A stretch of DNA of 64,000 bases from Phoronis australis. Its lineage: Eukaryota > Animalia > Phoronida. The stretch's first letter is position 1, and each line of letters starts with the position of its first letter. The stretch spans positions 1,396,753 through 1,460,752 of the forward strand of contig NMRA01000028.1 of assembly GCA_002633005.1 (NCBI GenBank), written 5' to 3'. Shown here in pieces: positions 55,301 to 64,000 of this stretch. Below the pieces are notes generated by a model, which saw only the letters and a program-made list of their open reading frames with translations, was not told the DNA's origin and made no database searches. Made by a program: the position numbers and the translations under genes.

Positions 55301-55665
55301 CTTTATCATTATTGTTTTAGATGAGTTTGAATCATATAATGTGTAGTTAGAACGTCAGTGTCTTTTGAAGTGAAAGATACTGTTCTGACTAAGGATCTTA
55401 GCTAACATGAAGTAACAGACCAGTGTGTTGACCTGTCAGTTTCACACCTTGCTTTTGTTTCATTCTATAGAGAAATCTAGTGAACAGACGACTTTCAAAA
55501 CGGTGGTTCTCCACCTGCTTATATTTGCAGTTGGCTGTGGCAGCTTTCCTCTCTGTTTTGCTGAGTGTTGATTTAATTATTTTGCATTGTTTTTCAGGAA
55601 CTGTTGGATTCTTTTCATGTTTCTGGTTCATCTCCAAGATCTATAGTGTCGTCAAGGTTGACTAA
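31138..55665 (+). CDS. TM9SF2: Transmembrane 9 superfamily member 2 (nonaspanin), complete spliced gene, 17 coding exons, 668 aa
   Basis: Manual exon joining gives an uninterrupted 2007-nt frame with signal peptide + [96 protein letters not shown] and C-terminal KIYSVVKVD*. All introns are GT-AG. An alternative in-frame ATG lies at 31174. Confidence 0.97.
31698..31941 (+). mobile_element. hAT-like MITE end (CAGGGCTCGACA) in TM9SF2 intron 1, truncated at N
   Basis: Subterminal tgcgacctg/tgcgagctg repeats; absent from the allelic copy 31943-32159. Confidence 0.7.
32572..33020. repeat. AT-rich degenerate tandem repeat (ataatagtatagactggaa)
   Basis: Recurring motif read directly. Confidence 0.75.
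36567..36634 (+). CDS. TM9SF2: TM9SF2 exon 2 ([22 protein letters not shown])
   Basis: cttcag|...|gtgagt, 68 bp. Confidence 0.95.
37192..37285 (+). CDS. TM9SF2: TM9SF2 exon 3 (FDFCG...[19 protein letters not shown])
   Basis: ttccag|...|gtacgt, 94 bp. Confidence 0.95.
38790..39139 (+). mobile_element. 3' fragment of the same HINE family, intron 3
   Basis: gcctcctagtggcag monomer and 3' end tgtgggcgcatttcagcgctctacgttgctcttgttt. Confidence 0.75.
39165..39280 (+). CDS. TM9SF2: TM9SF2 exon 4 ([13 protein letters not shown]...LNYLHHW)
   Basis: ttttag|...|gtgagt, 116 bp. Confidence 0.93.
39784..39928 (+). CDS. TM9SF2: TM9SF2 exon 5 ([11 protein letters not shown]...KDACVID)
   Basis: ttgcag|...|gtaagt, 145 bp. 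Confidence 0.95.
40473..40606 (+). CDS. TM9SF2: TM9SF2 exon 6 ([17 protein letters not shown]...[10 protein letters not shown])
   Basis: tactag|...|gttggt, 134 bp. Confidence 0.93.
41656..41776 (+). CDS. TM9SF2: TM9SF2 exon 7 (IKHTFP...AYTYSVTFK)
   Basis: tttcag|...|gtgtgt, 121 bp. Confidence 0.92.
41777..41909. repeat. ~41-bp minisatellite x3, starting at the exon 7 donor
   Basis: gtgtgttacagtcacaatactattaacccttagagaggaa units. Confidence 0.9.
42189..43721 (+). mobile_element. Helentron-associated interspersed element (HINE, DINE-1/pearl-like), full length, TM9SF2 intron 7
   Basis: 5' TTTTT + subTIR atgcgcccaca with adjacent palindrome, (GTCC)n microsatellite, internal tandem array, 3' subTIR tgtgggcgcat + stem-loop caatgc-ttt-gcattg + ctcttgtt. 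Confidence 0.85.
44255..44360. repeat. 20-bp minisatellite x5
   Basis: tgaaagagactgctgcagtc units. Confidence 0.92.
44708..44787 (+). CDS. TM9SF2: TM9SF2 exon 8 ([26 protein letters not shown])
   Basis: ttacag|...|gtagga, 80 bp. Confidence 0.95.
45241..45349 (+). CDS. TM9SF2: TM9SF2 exon 9 ([14 protein letters not shown]...[14 protein letters not shown])
   Basis: ttgcag|...|gtatgt, 109 bp. Confidence 0.96.
45820..46990 (+). repeat. Old diverged tandem array of the HINE ~150-bp monomers, intron 9
   Basis: Repeated (g)ccccctagtggc / catgaaattt motifs about every 150 bp. Confidence 0.75.
47307..47439 (+). CDS. TM9SF2: TM9SF2 exon 10 ([20 protein letters not shown]...)
   Basis: ttacag|...|gtaagt, 133 bp. 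Confidence 0.96.
47978..48097 (+). CDS. TM9SF2: TM9SF2 exon 11 ([17 protein letters not shown]...ARIYK)
   Basis: ccacag|...|gtgagt, 120 bp. Confidence 0.96.
48523..48580 (+). CDS. TM9SF2: TM9SF2 exon 12 ([19 protein letters not shown])
   Basis: ttgcag|...|gtaaac, 58 bp. Confidence 0.95.
48992..49151 (+). CDS. TM9SF2: TM9SF2 exon 13 (LVFGVFF...SSAAVPFGT...GAYFGFKRR)
   Basis: ttacag|...|gtgagc, 160 bp. Confidence 0.96.
49564..49715 (+). CDS. TM9SF2: TM9SF2 exon 14 ([18 protein letters not shown]...ILKSIW)
   Basis: tttcag|...|gtaagc, 152 bp. Confidence 0.96.
50327..50438 (+). CDS. TM9SF2: TM9SF2 exon 15 ([11 protein letters not shown]...YFHLCAE)
   Basis: ttgcag|...|gtgagt, 112 bp. Confidence 0.96.
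50549..50710. repeat. ~38-bp minisatellite x4
   Basis: atctttgagtttcactcagtctgtaagggtgtgtttgc units. Confidence 0.9.
51351..52628 (+). mobile_element. Second full-length HINE copy, TM9SF2 intron 15
   Basis: Same termini and tandem array as 42189-43721. Confidence 0.85.
52978..53149 (+). CDS. TM9SF2: TM9SF2 exon 16 ([16 protein letters not shown]...)
   Basis: tgccag|...|gtgagt, 172 bp. Confidence 0.96.
55598..55665 (+). CDS. TM9SF2: TM9SF2 exon 17 ([22 protein letters not shown])
   Basis: tttcag| acceptor, TAA stop, KxD C-terminal Golgi-retention motif. Confidence 0.96.
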
Positions 55666-56549
55666 TCAAGAGTCCAGCTCTCGTCATCATGACATTTGCT
55701 AATAGGTTAACCAGTTCCTTAGAAGATCAAGGAAAATTGCTATGGGGTCTGCATGACTTGATGCTGGGTCATTTTTGGCATCTTTGCAATTGTCACTGGT
55801 TGGCTATTTCAGGGGTGTTACTATTTGGTGGGTTGTTCAAGGCAATTCTGGTAGTTAAGGTTCTAAATTGTCCTTATTAGTGTTCTAGAGTCGTTTTGTC
55901 TCTGAGAACTTAACGCTGTATTGACCTGTGATATCTGGGACACACAGACTTTTGTTTGACTTGGTTCTTAGACACTTGGTTTGGGTAGGATGTTGGAAAT
56001 TCTTACAATGCATCAGTTTGTAACTTGTGTATGTGTATAGGTTTTGTTAATGTTTACTATATTAAAGTAACCCTTGCCTGTAGCAAAGCTTCAAAAAATA
56101 TTTGGCAAGTATTGACCGAGATTGGCAAGTTAACCAAATGACTCTGCTCACATTTGGCATTTCCAAAATAATCTGCTAAATAGTTTCTTTTCAATATGGG
56201 ACTTGTACTATTGCATGTACAGTCAGCAAATAACAGAATTACTGTTGATTGTTTACCGTATTTGTCCATGTTAACACTCATGTTGGGCGACTACATAGCC
56301 TAGTTTAAATGACCAAGACTTCCTAAAAAGTGCTTGAGTCCTATTGAACGTCTGTCTTATCAGACTTTTAGCTCCTTGCTTACTGTTTGAGTAACTATCA
56401 GTCAGTTTCTGCAGAACCTTGCCTTATTTCAGTGGTAAAATAACTGTACTGCTCTTTACTGAAGGAGGTACGAAATGCTTCTTTTGGTTGGAGCGCATTC
56501 TGATATTACTCCACTCATGTGCGAAAAATGTGCAAGCATTCCCACAGAG

Positions 56550-56640
56550 GAGGCAGTGTGGCCTAGTGTGATCAGTGTCCGCTTCCTATGCTAAAGGTGG
56601 TGGGTTCGAGTCCCACTGGTGCACATTGTTGAACCCTGGG
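56550..56640 (+). mobile_element. tRNA-derived SINE head in the probable TM9SF2 3'UTR
   Basis: A box tggcctagtg, B box ggttcgagtccc, followed by ttgaaccctggg; no clean cloverleaf. Confidence 0.65.
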
Positions 56641-58281
56641 GTCAATTCTCTAGCTGTTTTTGTACATATATATGTATATATATTATTAAAGAATAAAAAT
56701 GGCTTCAGGAAAACTGTGCCCTCCTGAGCAGCCTGAGCATGTCTGGTACAAGGTGTGTCACTCTGCCTGCAATTGTTTTGTTGTGTTGTGTTGTCTACAT
56801 TTTGCCAGTGTTTTATTTGATTCTTGCATGTCCCACGCTTATGTTACTACCTGGGTATTACCCAGATCTACCATTCGCATAGGCGCTAAGCGACCATCCC
56901 CAACTGACATGGGAACAGCATTTACAGATCTTGCTACACCAAGACCAGGCTAGGTGAGGTGCTGTACCTCATGCGGTCTCTTTCAGACATCAAAGGAATT
57001 CTGGCGACAGCAAGGTATTGATAAGGGGGTTTCCATCGCGGAGTTGTTAAGTAGTGCGCCTGTATTTATTACCATCAGATTAGGTTTATTGCATTGGAAA
57101 CAAAGAGGGTATGGTAATGTGTGTATGAAGATGATCTGGGTGAAGGGCTTTAGTTACTGTAAGTTGGCATTAACTACTTGACAATCTTGCTTCAGGTGAG
57201 ATATTTATTTTGTGCTGTACAGTCTCATTTATTTAAGATTATTCAATGTAAACATGCTTTCTTTACTTTTGAGTTAGGAATGCATTTCATGAATTTAACA
57301 TTAGGTCTTTTCATTTTTTCTTTGGTTGATAGGTTTATCTATTCTTAACTGTCTGTGAACATGGAATTCCTGTGAGCACATACATGAAACTAAGGCTATG
57401 TTAATTTAGTGTGATTGAATTAGAAGTGTTCATCATTCCCATAACTGTGGCTCAAATGTACTTTCAATGTCTGTTTATTCCTTGGTAAATTGAACTCTCG
57501 TCATGTGGCGCTCTAGTCCTTGTAATATTGCAGCACCCTCTGTAGTTTTGTGGTATTTACCTGCAGCTATTCTGCACGCCCATCATCAGCAATGTGGCCC
57601 ACACTGCTTCTGTTCTAATTACTATCGTGGGTTAACATCAGTTTGCTATTTGTGAGTTTGGTGGTGAGAACCTACGTTTTGTTGATGCATAGCAAGTTGT
57701 AATGCAACGATAAAATTGAAAACTTCATCAGGCCCAATAAATCATTCTTCACTTGATGAAGTAGACTCAGAAGTGTGTTACTGACCGTACCTTTGGAAAA
57801 CTAGGTTAGCCCTAATGTACAAAATGTATTTTTGGAACGTATGTGAGTTGAATTCCGGTATGTGGGAATTACATAAATTGTTAAGCATGGTGACCTTGTA
57901 GTTAGTTGTCAAGGTTGGTGAAAGGTGCTCTGACAGACACTTAAGCCTCTGGTGAATCATTAACACCTGAATTTGGTTGCAACATGTGTAGGGGATCACA
58001 GCACTTTAGTGCCATGAATTGCCAGTTGTAGTCAATGTGTTTTTTGGATAACCCAATACATCTAGAATAACAAAAGTTGAAGAGAGGATTTAAAGCTGAA
58101 CAGTAGCAGGGAGATTTTTGTCTATCATTGGGCCTATTTGTAAATCTGTCAAATGTAATTTTGTATATATTTTTAATGTACAAACTGCACGGTTTCCGGT
58201 GATTATGGTGAGGTACGTTTGCCTTGTCGGTAATAGGCTGGAGCTTTTCAACTGTCTGAATATTTGCGTTGTGTTTGTTGA

Positions 58282-58287
58282 AATAAA
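58282..58287 (+). terminator. Candidate distal polyadenylation signal of TM9SF2 (long 3'UTR); alternatives at 56692 and 57736
   Basis: AATAAA at the end of a ~2.6-kb T-rich, CpG-poor stretch after the stop, followed by T/GT-rich sequence. Confidence 0.4.
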
Positions 58288-60104
58288 GGGTTTTAGTAAT
58301 TATATAAATGTTATTTTGATTGGTTTATCTGAGTTGTGCATCACGTCAGCTGCAGAGACTGCCATTGCTAATGTGGAGGCCCGAGTTTAGGGTGTTGCGT
58401 GGGATAGCGTGAAATTTATAACATTTCGCACAGGTCTCAGTTATGCACGGTCGGTTTTTTCTATGGGTGATGAGTAAACACGCCGTTCGTAGATAAACAG
58501 TCACGAACACGCAGCTGCCTGCGCCCGACTAGGACAGGTTTTGTGATTACACCGCGGAAAGAGCATGGCGGGGATTTCGCTTATTAAGATACAATCTACA
58601 TCGTTTAGTTAATGCTTCGTAGACTAGTTCAAGGGACAGTGTTTCGTGTAGGCGCATATACCTAAGCACAAGGCCTGTAGTAATGTCAATCGGGTTATAA
58701 ATACGCTTGAAAATTTGCCGATACCGTTCTCCCACTTGTCTGTTTTGTTGCGTGAATGCTTGGTGCCACACGTTACCCTTACCAAAATAATTATGGTTTC
58801 GTAAGTTTTGGTATCGAAATGTGTTTAGTATTCCACGGTTTTGAAATCAAAATGGGTTTGCTTTTCCATCAATGCCTTGGGTGTTTTTGCAGTGGTAGCT
58901 ATGAATGACACCATAAAAACTTAACTTGTGGTCAAATTCGGAATATCACTGAGATCTCAAAAGTTGCTGAACGGAGTCCTATGAGTTATCATCAAGCAGT
59001 TTTAGAAGTCACTTCCTATATTTTTACAATGTGTTATTTTAGATGGCCTTTTAGGTGTCGTTGCCCGGTTTTAGAAAGCTAAATCTGGTTTGTGGTGTAG
59101 TGAGTGAGTTTGGGCACTGTTCGCCAGGTTTTTCAGTGTTGAAACGGTGAACACTGTGGGTAAATTTCCCTGCAAAGACGCATACAAACCGGGAAGACAA
59201 TGTCTAAGTTCGTTCTATTAGGCAAATAAGTGAACCTTTTGAGTAGCTTTCAATTTTCGGAGAGGTGCGTTGTTCCACTGTGTAGGTAGTAAATTCAAAA
59301 TACGTATTACAATGAGAATGGCTATATTGATAAAACAACAGGTAGAAGATATACTGCCATTGGATGACTGAAAACCTAACGGTAGCCGATAGTGTCGTAA
59401 TTAAGGATACGAATTCGTGTTTCAACCACCTAAATCTGCACTTTAGGCTAAACCAATGACAACAACATATAGATATCAATATATACACAACAAAGATAGC
59501 AGATCACATGATACACTGTCACGATTACCAGGCCCCCTCAACTAAAGTGACGCCGGGCTCGTAACTTCCGGGCAGTTATTTATAGAGTGTACCAACATGT
59601 TCCTTGAACCACAAACAAGTGTGATACAGGTTCTACTTCCACCAGATGCTAATTGGGCTTTGGTGCTTATGCTTACCCTTGTGCCCAGTCTGACCGTATA
59701 AATTTCAGGTGTAGAAGTCAAAATTGATCCAACAAATATGCTTTACATCTGTCAATTCTTAATGAGACAAGGGGATTCCCTACATAGGGCAATAGCACAA
59801 TAAAGCACTCCACCACCAGACTAACCCATACACCTGCAATCTCTTTAAAAACACGACAATGACATCTTGCAAAACCTCCAGCTTTTTGTGAAATCGTGTT
59901 TTTGAGAAAAAAGGTAGGTTTCTGAAGAAAATTTTATACGTCTCCACAATCACAAATTAGATGCTGATTTGAAAACCACACAAAAGTGTACATTTAATTG
60001 ACGCAATATGAGAGCTTACGCGTGCCTCTCAAGATTTCATTTCCAGATTCCTGTTTTGGGCCTACACGTTTTCAATGCTTCTGACCAGCTCCTTACCATC
60101 TTGT

Positions 60105-60845
60105 CCACAGAAGGGCTTTCGCGTAGAGCCATAAGCTCGAAGCCGTAGGAAATCCCTGAGGCAAATAACAAATGGTACTTTTTACTTCAACAAAGTCCTA
60201 CCAAAGCGTGCCTCAGCTTCTTTTTTGTAAGGAACAATTTCGCGCTTGGACGAGAGTCTAAAAACTTATTGATCGATGCTTCACACAGATTTGTCTACAT
60301 TGGTCAGGGTTTTTTAGGACTTAGACAGGAAATGTCGCCTTTAACTTACTCCAGCTAGGCAACCAGCCGTCACGTGTTCACTTTTCTAGAAAGTTACAAT
60401 GAGGATATCAAGGGAACAACAAAAATTTCGCATCGACATTTCATAATACCAAGATTGAAAATTCAACAAAGAAATGGTCAATCTGAATTAGAATACTATT
60501 ATTTTTGTTAAGAGTTTAAATCGTCCAACAGCCGCTGAACTAAGTTCTTGGTCAACTGAACCCTTTCTGCTACATCATTAGTAAGGTACCCATGTGTAAA
60601 ACCAACCATGTAGGCCTACGGCCAACTTTACCATGATGACACAAGACGTTGAAGACACCAGGCGTCAAACTTTTGTGTCGAAAGCCAAATGTCTTCCTGC
60701 AGCTCGACGATGACGTTGCATCTCGCTTTCGGTCAGCCTCCCGGCGAAACATGGGTCGCTGACGTAGTTGAGGCCACAACGGGAAGAATGAGAGTATGTC
60801 ACCTTCAGGTTGATCATACTCTATATCCGTCACCTGGGTGTCCAT
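60105..60845 (-). pseudogene. Intron-containing KDZ (Kyakuja-Dileera-Zisupton)-type transposase relic
   Basis: ..FFPLWPQLRQRPMF..C.K..HKSLTPGVFNVLCHH G|gtaaag (60632), intron, cctcag|GISYGFELMALRESPSV (from 60155), reconstituting C-x-H-G-x-x-Y-G-F...ESP. Confidence 0.65.
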
Positions 60846-62390
60846 GGACTAGATAAGTTTTTCTCACAGCTTCTTTGAGCTCGGGCGGGAAGTCGCCCAG
60901 ACCCTTAAAAACATTCTTTTAAACAAGAATTAGACCAGGACCAGTTTTATCCACATTCTTTTAGTTCAGTGAGTTGAGCTAGATCAACTCAGGTAGGGCG
61001 TGTCTGGCGGGGATAACCCACCACTAGATTTGTCTGGCGATATTTATTCTTGATACCTGGGCTTACGGCGAATATTTTGCAACTGGTCTCATGCGGTTAC
61101 CTCTTTGGTTGATCTAACCTTTTTGATAATCGACTGGCAGGGGAACCCCACCACTGAAATTGTCTGGCAGACCAATTTTGATACAGTCGATTACATAGTA
61201 GATATCCAAGGCAGTTTGAAGTGGTAACCAGAAAAGTTGATCTAGCTCAATTTTTGAGTGTCATTCTCTTGGCTCCCCTGACCACCGTCCGTCAGAGCGA
61301 ACCTACCAGACGGCCATTTTCAAGCATCAGGATACCCACAGAGCACTGTGGCACCAAAGAAAATTGGTTACTTTTTCATGCCCAAAAAAGCTCTGGGATC
61401 CCGGTCGATGAGCTTGGTCTTACATGAGAGGTGTGCAAGGGAGTGACGAGGACCTGTGAAGACCAGTGCTCGCCATAGCCCTTTGGCTAAAGCATGATTC
61501 CTTTATAGGTCTAGTTAAAAGAAAAAATATCGTAATTGCATAAAAAGCTTAGCCAATACACAATTTTCCTAGTAGCCAGCGCATGCAAACGTAAAGTTTC
61601 GCTAATTTTTCTGTGGGGTTTCCACTGTCCTTGCCAAAGTATAAAAGAATTTTTAGTACGCACCAGTTCGAAGCCAACTGAAGAGAAATCTCGAAAAGAG
61701 ATTTGCGAGATTAATTGAGATTTTTGTCTCGAAACCGAAAAGTGTTCAACTGCGACGGGTTGTGACGGAATAGCTATTCCTGACACCGTAGCGTCTTCCG
61801 TACAAGACCACGCCGGCAGCACCCTAGTGTTTTTAACGGATGTTGATTTATTTAGAACATGCGCATTGACTGTCGTCTGGCGAGGCGCTTTCAGTCACGT
61901 TGGACAGGGGTTCAGACTGCAAAATTCAGACTCAGGCGCCTATGTGACTAGATGGTGCTGTCGGTCAAAATCAAAACACCTGCGGAACTGACCTGACTGG
62001 AACATTCGACTATATCGGTTTACAGTCTGATCAAACAGTAAGGGGAATTAGAGTCTGTTTTGTTTTGAAAGCCTGCACTGCAGTGTGTTTCTCAAATAAT
62101 CGGAGAGATGCTCTTCGTCTTCGACTTGAAATCAGCAACCGTTCACTGACCTGTGCACTGACCAATGGGAAAGGGTCGTCGTGCATAACAGTTTAACTTG
62201 TCGCCAGCATTTTTGTTCAGACTGCCGTGTAACTTGACTTTGTGGCAACAACGGATAATGGATTACCTTTCATTATAGCCAGCCAGATGTCTATGAACGT
62301 ATGCCCGTTCTTGATAAGTGAAACAGAAATTTGCTAACTGTTGTGTTCAGTGAACATGATAACCTTGTCTCATTTCAGGCTACTTCAGCT

Positions 62391-62472
62391 ATGGCCACTG
62401 GAGAAAGTGATGGCTGCCAGGTGAACAAAGCACTGTTGCCGATCAAAGTGTTCTATTTTTTCAGTTTGGCAG
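62391..62472 (+). CDS. Allelic/duplicate copy of the MFSD6-like first coding exon
   Basis: 62301-62918 is nearly identical to 62974-63591, and the two are separated by a single N (62919). Confidence 0.55.
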
Positions 62473-63063
62473 GTAAGAGAATCATAAGAGATCTGGCCCA
62501 TTCCGCAAGGGCAACCACTGACATTATCTCTAACACTGATCTCTGTTACTTTTGTGTGGAGCAGAGAATTTATGACATCAGCAGTGACATTAGTAACTCT
62601 GATAGATAATGGGTCTTTGAGTAATTGTAACATTCAGACTCTGCTTACTCCAATTGGGCTAAAGTGTCTTTCGTACTAACGTTGACACGTCGATGTTTTG
62701 GGTAGTGCGTTCAGTGTGAACGCTAAGCTTTGGTCCTGGATCGAAGTCAATAGTGACAGTTAACTTCGCAGTAAACGGGTGGATTTAAGAGCGTAGCGTC
62801 AATGGTGCGATGCAGTATGAATAGTCATCTTCGGTCCTATCGGAAGTTATTGCCAGGTGCCGCTGTTATCATCAACAATTACAGGGTATTGTTGTCGCTA
62901 ATAGTTGCTTATATTTTGNAAACAAGATGGCGGACGAACTTTGGAGCCTGACGAAAATAGGTAACCGGACGAAATGCCCGTTCTTGATAAGTGAAACAGA
63001 AATTTGCTAACTGTTGTGTTCAGTGAACATGATAACCTTGTCTCATTTCAGGCTACTTCAGCT

Positions 63064-63145
63064 ATGGCCACTGGAGAAAGTGATGGCTGCCAGGTGAATA
63101 AAGCACTGTTGCCGATCAAAGTGTTCTATTTTTTCAGTTTGGCAG
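63064..63145 (+). CDS. First coding exon of an MFSD6-like major facilitator transporter (gene continues beyond the window)
   Basis: MATGESDGCQVNKALLPIKVFYFFSLA resembles the MFSD6/MFS_1_like N-terminus (xNxxLLPIKxxYFF); flanked by tttcag| (63051) and |gtaaga. Confidence 0.65.
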
Positions 63146-64000
63146 GTAAGAGAATCATAAGAGATCTGGCCCATTCCGCAAGGGCAACCACTGACATTAT
63201 CTCTAACACTGATCTCTGTTACTTTTGTGTGGAGCAGAAAATTTATGACATCAGCAGTGACATTAGTAACTCTGATAGATAATGGGTCTTTGAGTAATTG
63301 TAACATTCAGACTCTGCTTACTCCAATTGGGCTAAAGTGTCTTTCGTACTAACGTTGACACGTCGATGTTTTGGGTAGTGCGTTCAGTGTGAACGCTAAG
63401 CTTTGGTCCTGGATCGAAGTCAATAGTGACAGTTAACTTCGCAGTAAACGGGTGGATTTAAGAGCGTAGCGTCAATGGTGCGATGCAGTATGAATAGTCA
63501 TCTTCGGTCCTATCGGAAGTTATTGCCAGGTGCCGCTGTTATCATCAACAATTACAGGGTATTGTTGTCGCTAATAGTTGCTTATATTTTGGTCTAATAA
63601 TCACCAATCGAATTAAAAATAAGTTTCATGTCTGTCAGCTCATGTAAATGTTCCCAAATTGTCACATTTAAAAAAATCTTAACTTGCAGCGCTACCTTGT
63701 GATTACTTTGATGACAACAGTGTCACCTACCGTTTACTTCGAAGTCTGTTAGCTACTGAAGCCAGTATGAACAGTTTAGTTAACTTTGCAGTTTACGTCA
63801 ACGCTCTGCTCAGACCGGATTTAAGTCAGCATGAGAAGGCCTTAACATTCTTTGGTGACTGCAAGCATCATAATGTCAATCTGAAGGTTCACAACAATCA
63901 TAAAATTTAGTCCATTTTCTGAACCCTTAATCCTCCACAGTAAATTAGCTACTGCAGTAAACTTATAGATCTGTTCTCTTTCCTTTGCATTTACTAATTT

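Overview
Repeat-rich genomic DNA from a eukaryote, probably a marine invertebrate bilaterian (inferred from the repeat types), taken from a heterozygous draft assembly: single-N junctions separate duplicated allelic segments, and there is an N gap at 24545-24805. The main gene is a complete 17-exon TM9SF2 on the + strand (31138-55665). All its introns are GT-AG with consistent phases, giving a 2007-nt CDS (668 aa). The 5' end of an MFSD6-like transporter gene starts at the right edge (assembled twice), and weak evidence suggests a minus-strand gene with tiny exons at the left edge. The rest is mobile DNA: (1) a CA...TG-ended, 5-bp-TSD DNA transposon family, from 78-bp MITEs to ~850-bp copies carrying a tRNA-like Pol III promoter; (2) a defective Kolobok element whose long TIRs each contain a THAP start; (3) Helentron-type HINEs in TM9SF2 introns with a ~450-bp higher-order repeat carrying a CTCF-like motif in almost every monomer; (4) a spliced KDZ-type transposase relic; (5) CR1, Tx1/L1 and RTE-X/CR1-like LINE fragments; (6) P-like and Harbinger-like MITEs, a SINE and a degenerate Penelope-type hammerhead. 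Most ORFs in the six-frame track are spurious. All family assignments come from motif recognition, not database searches.
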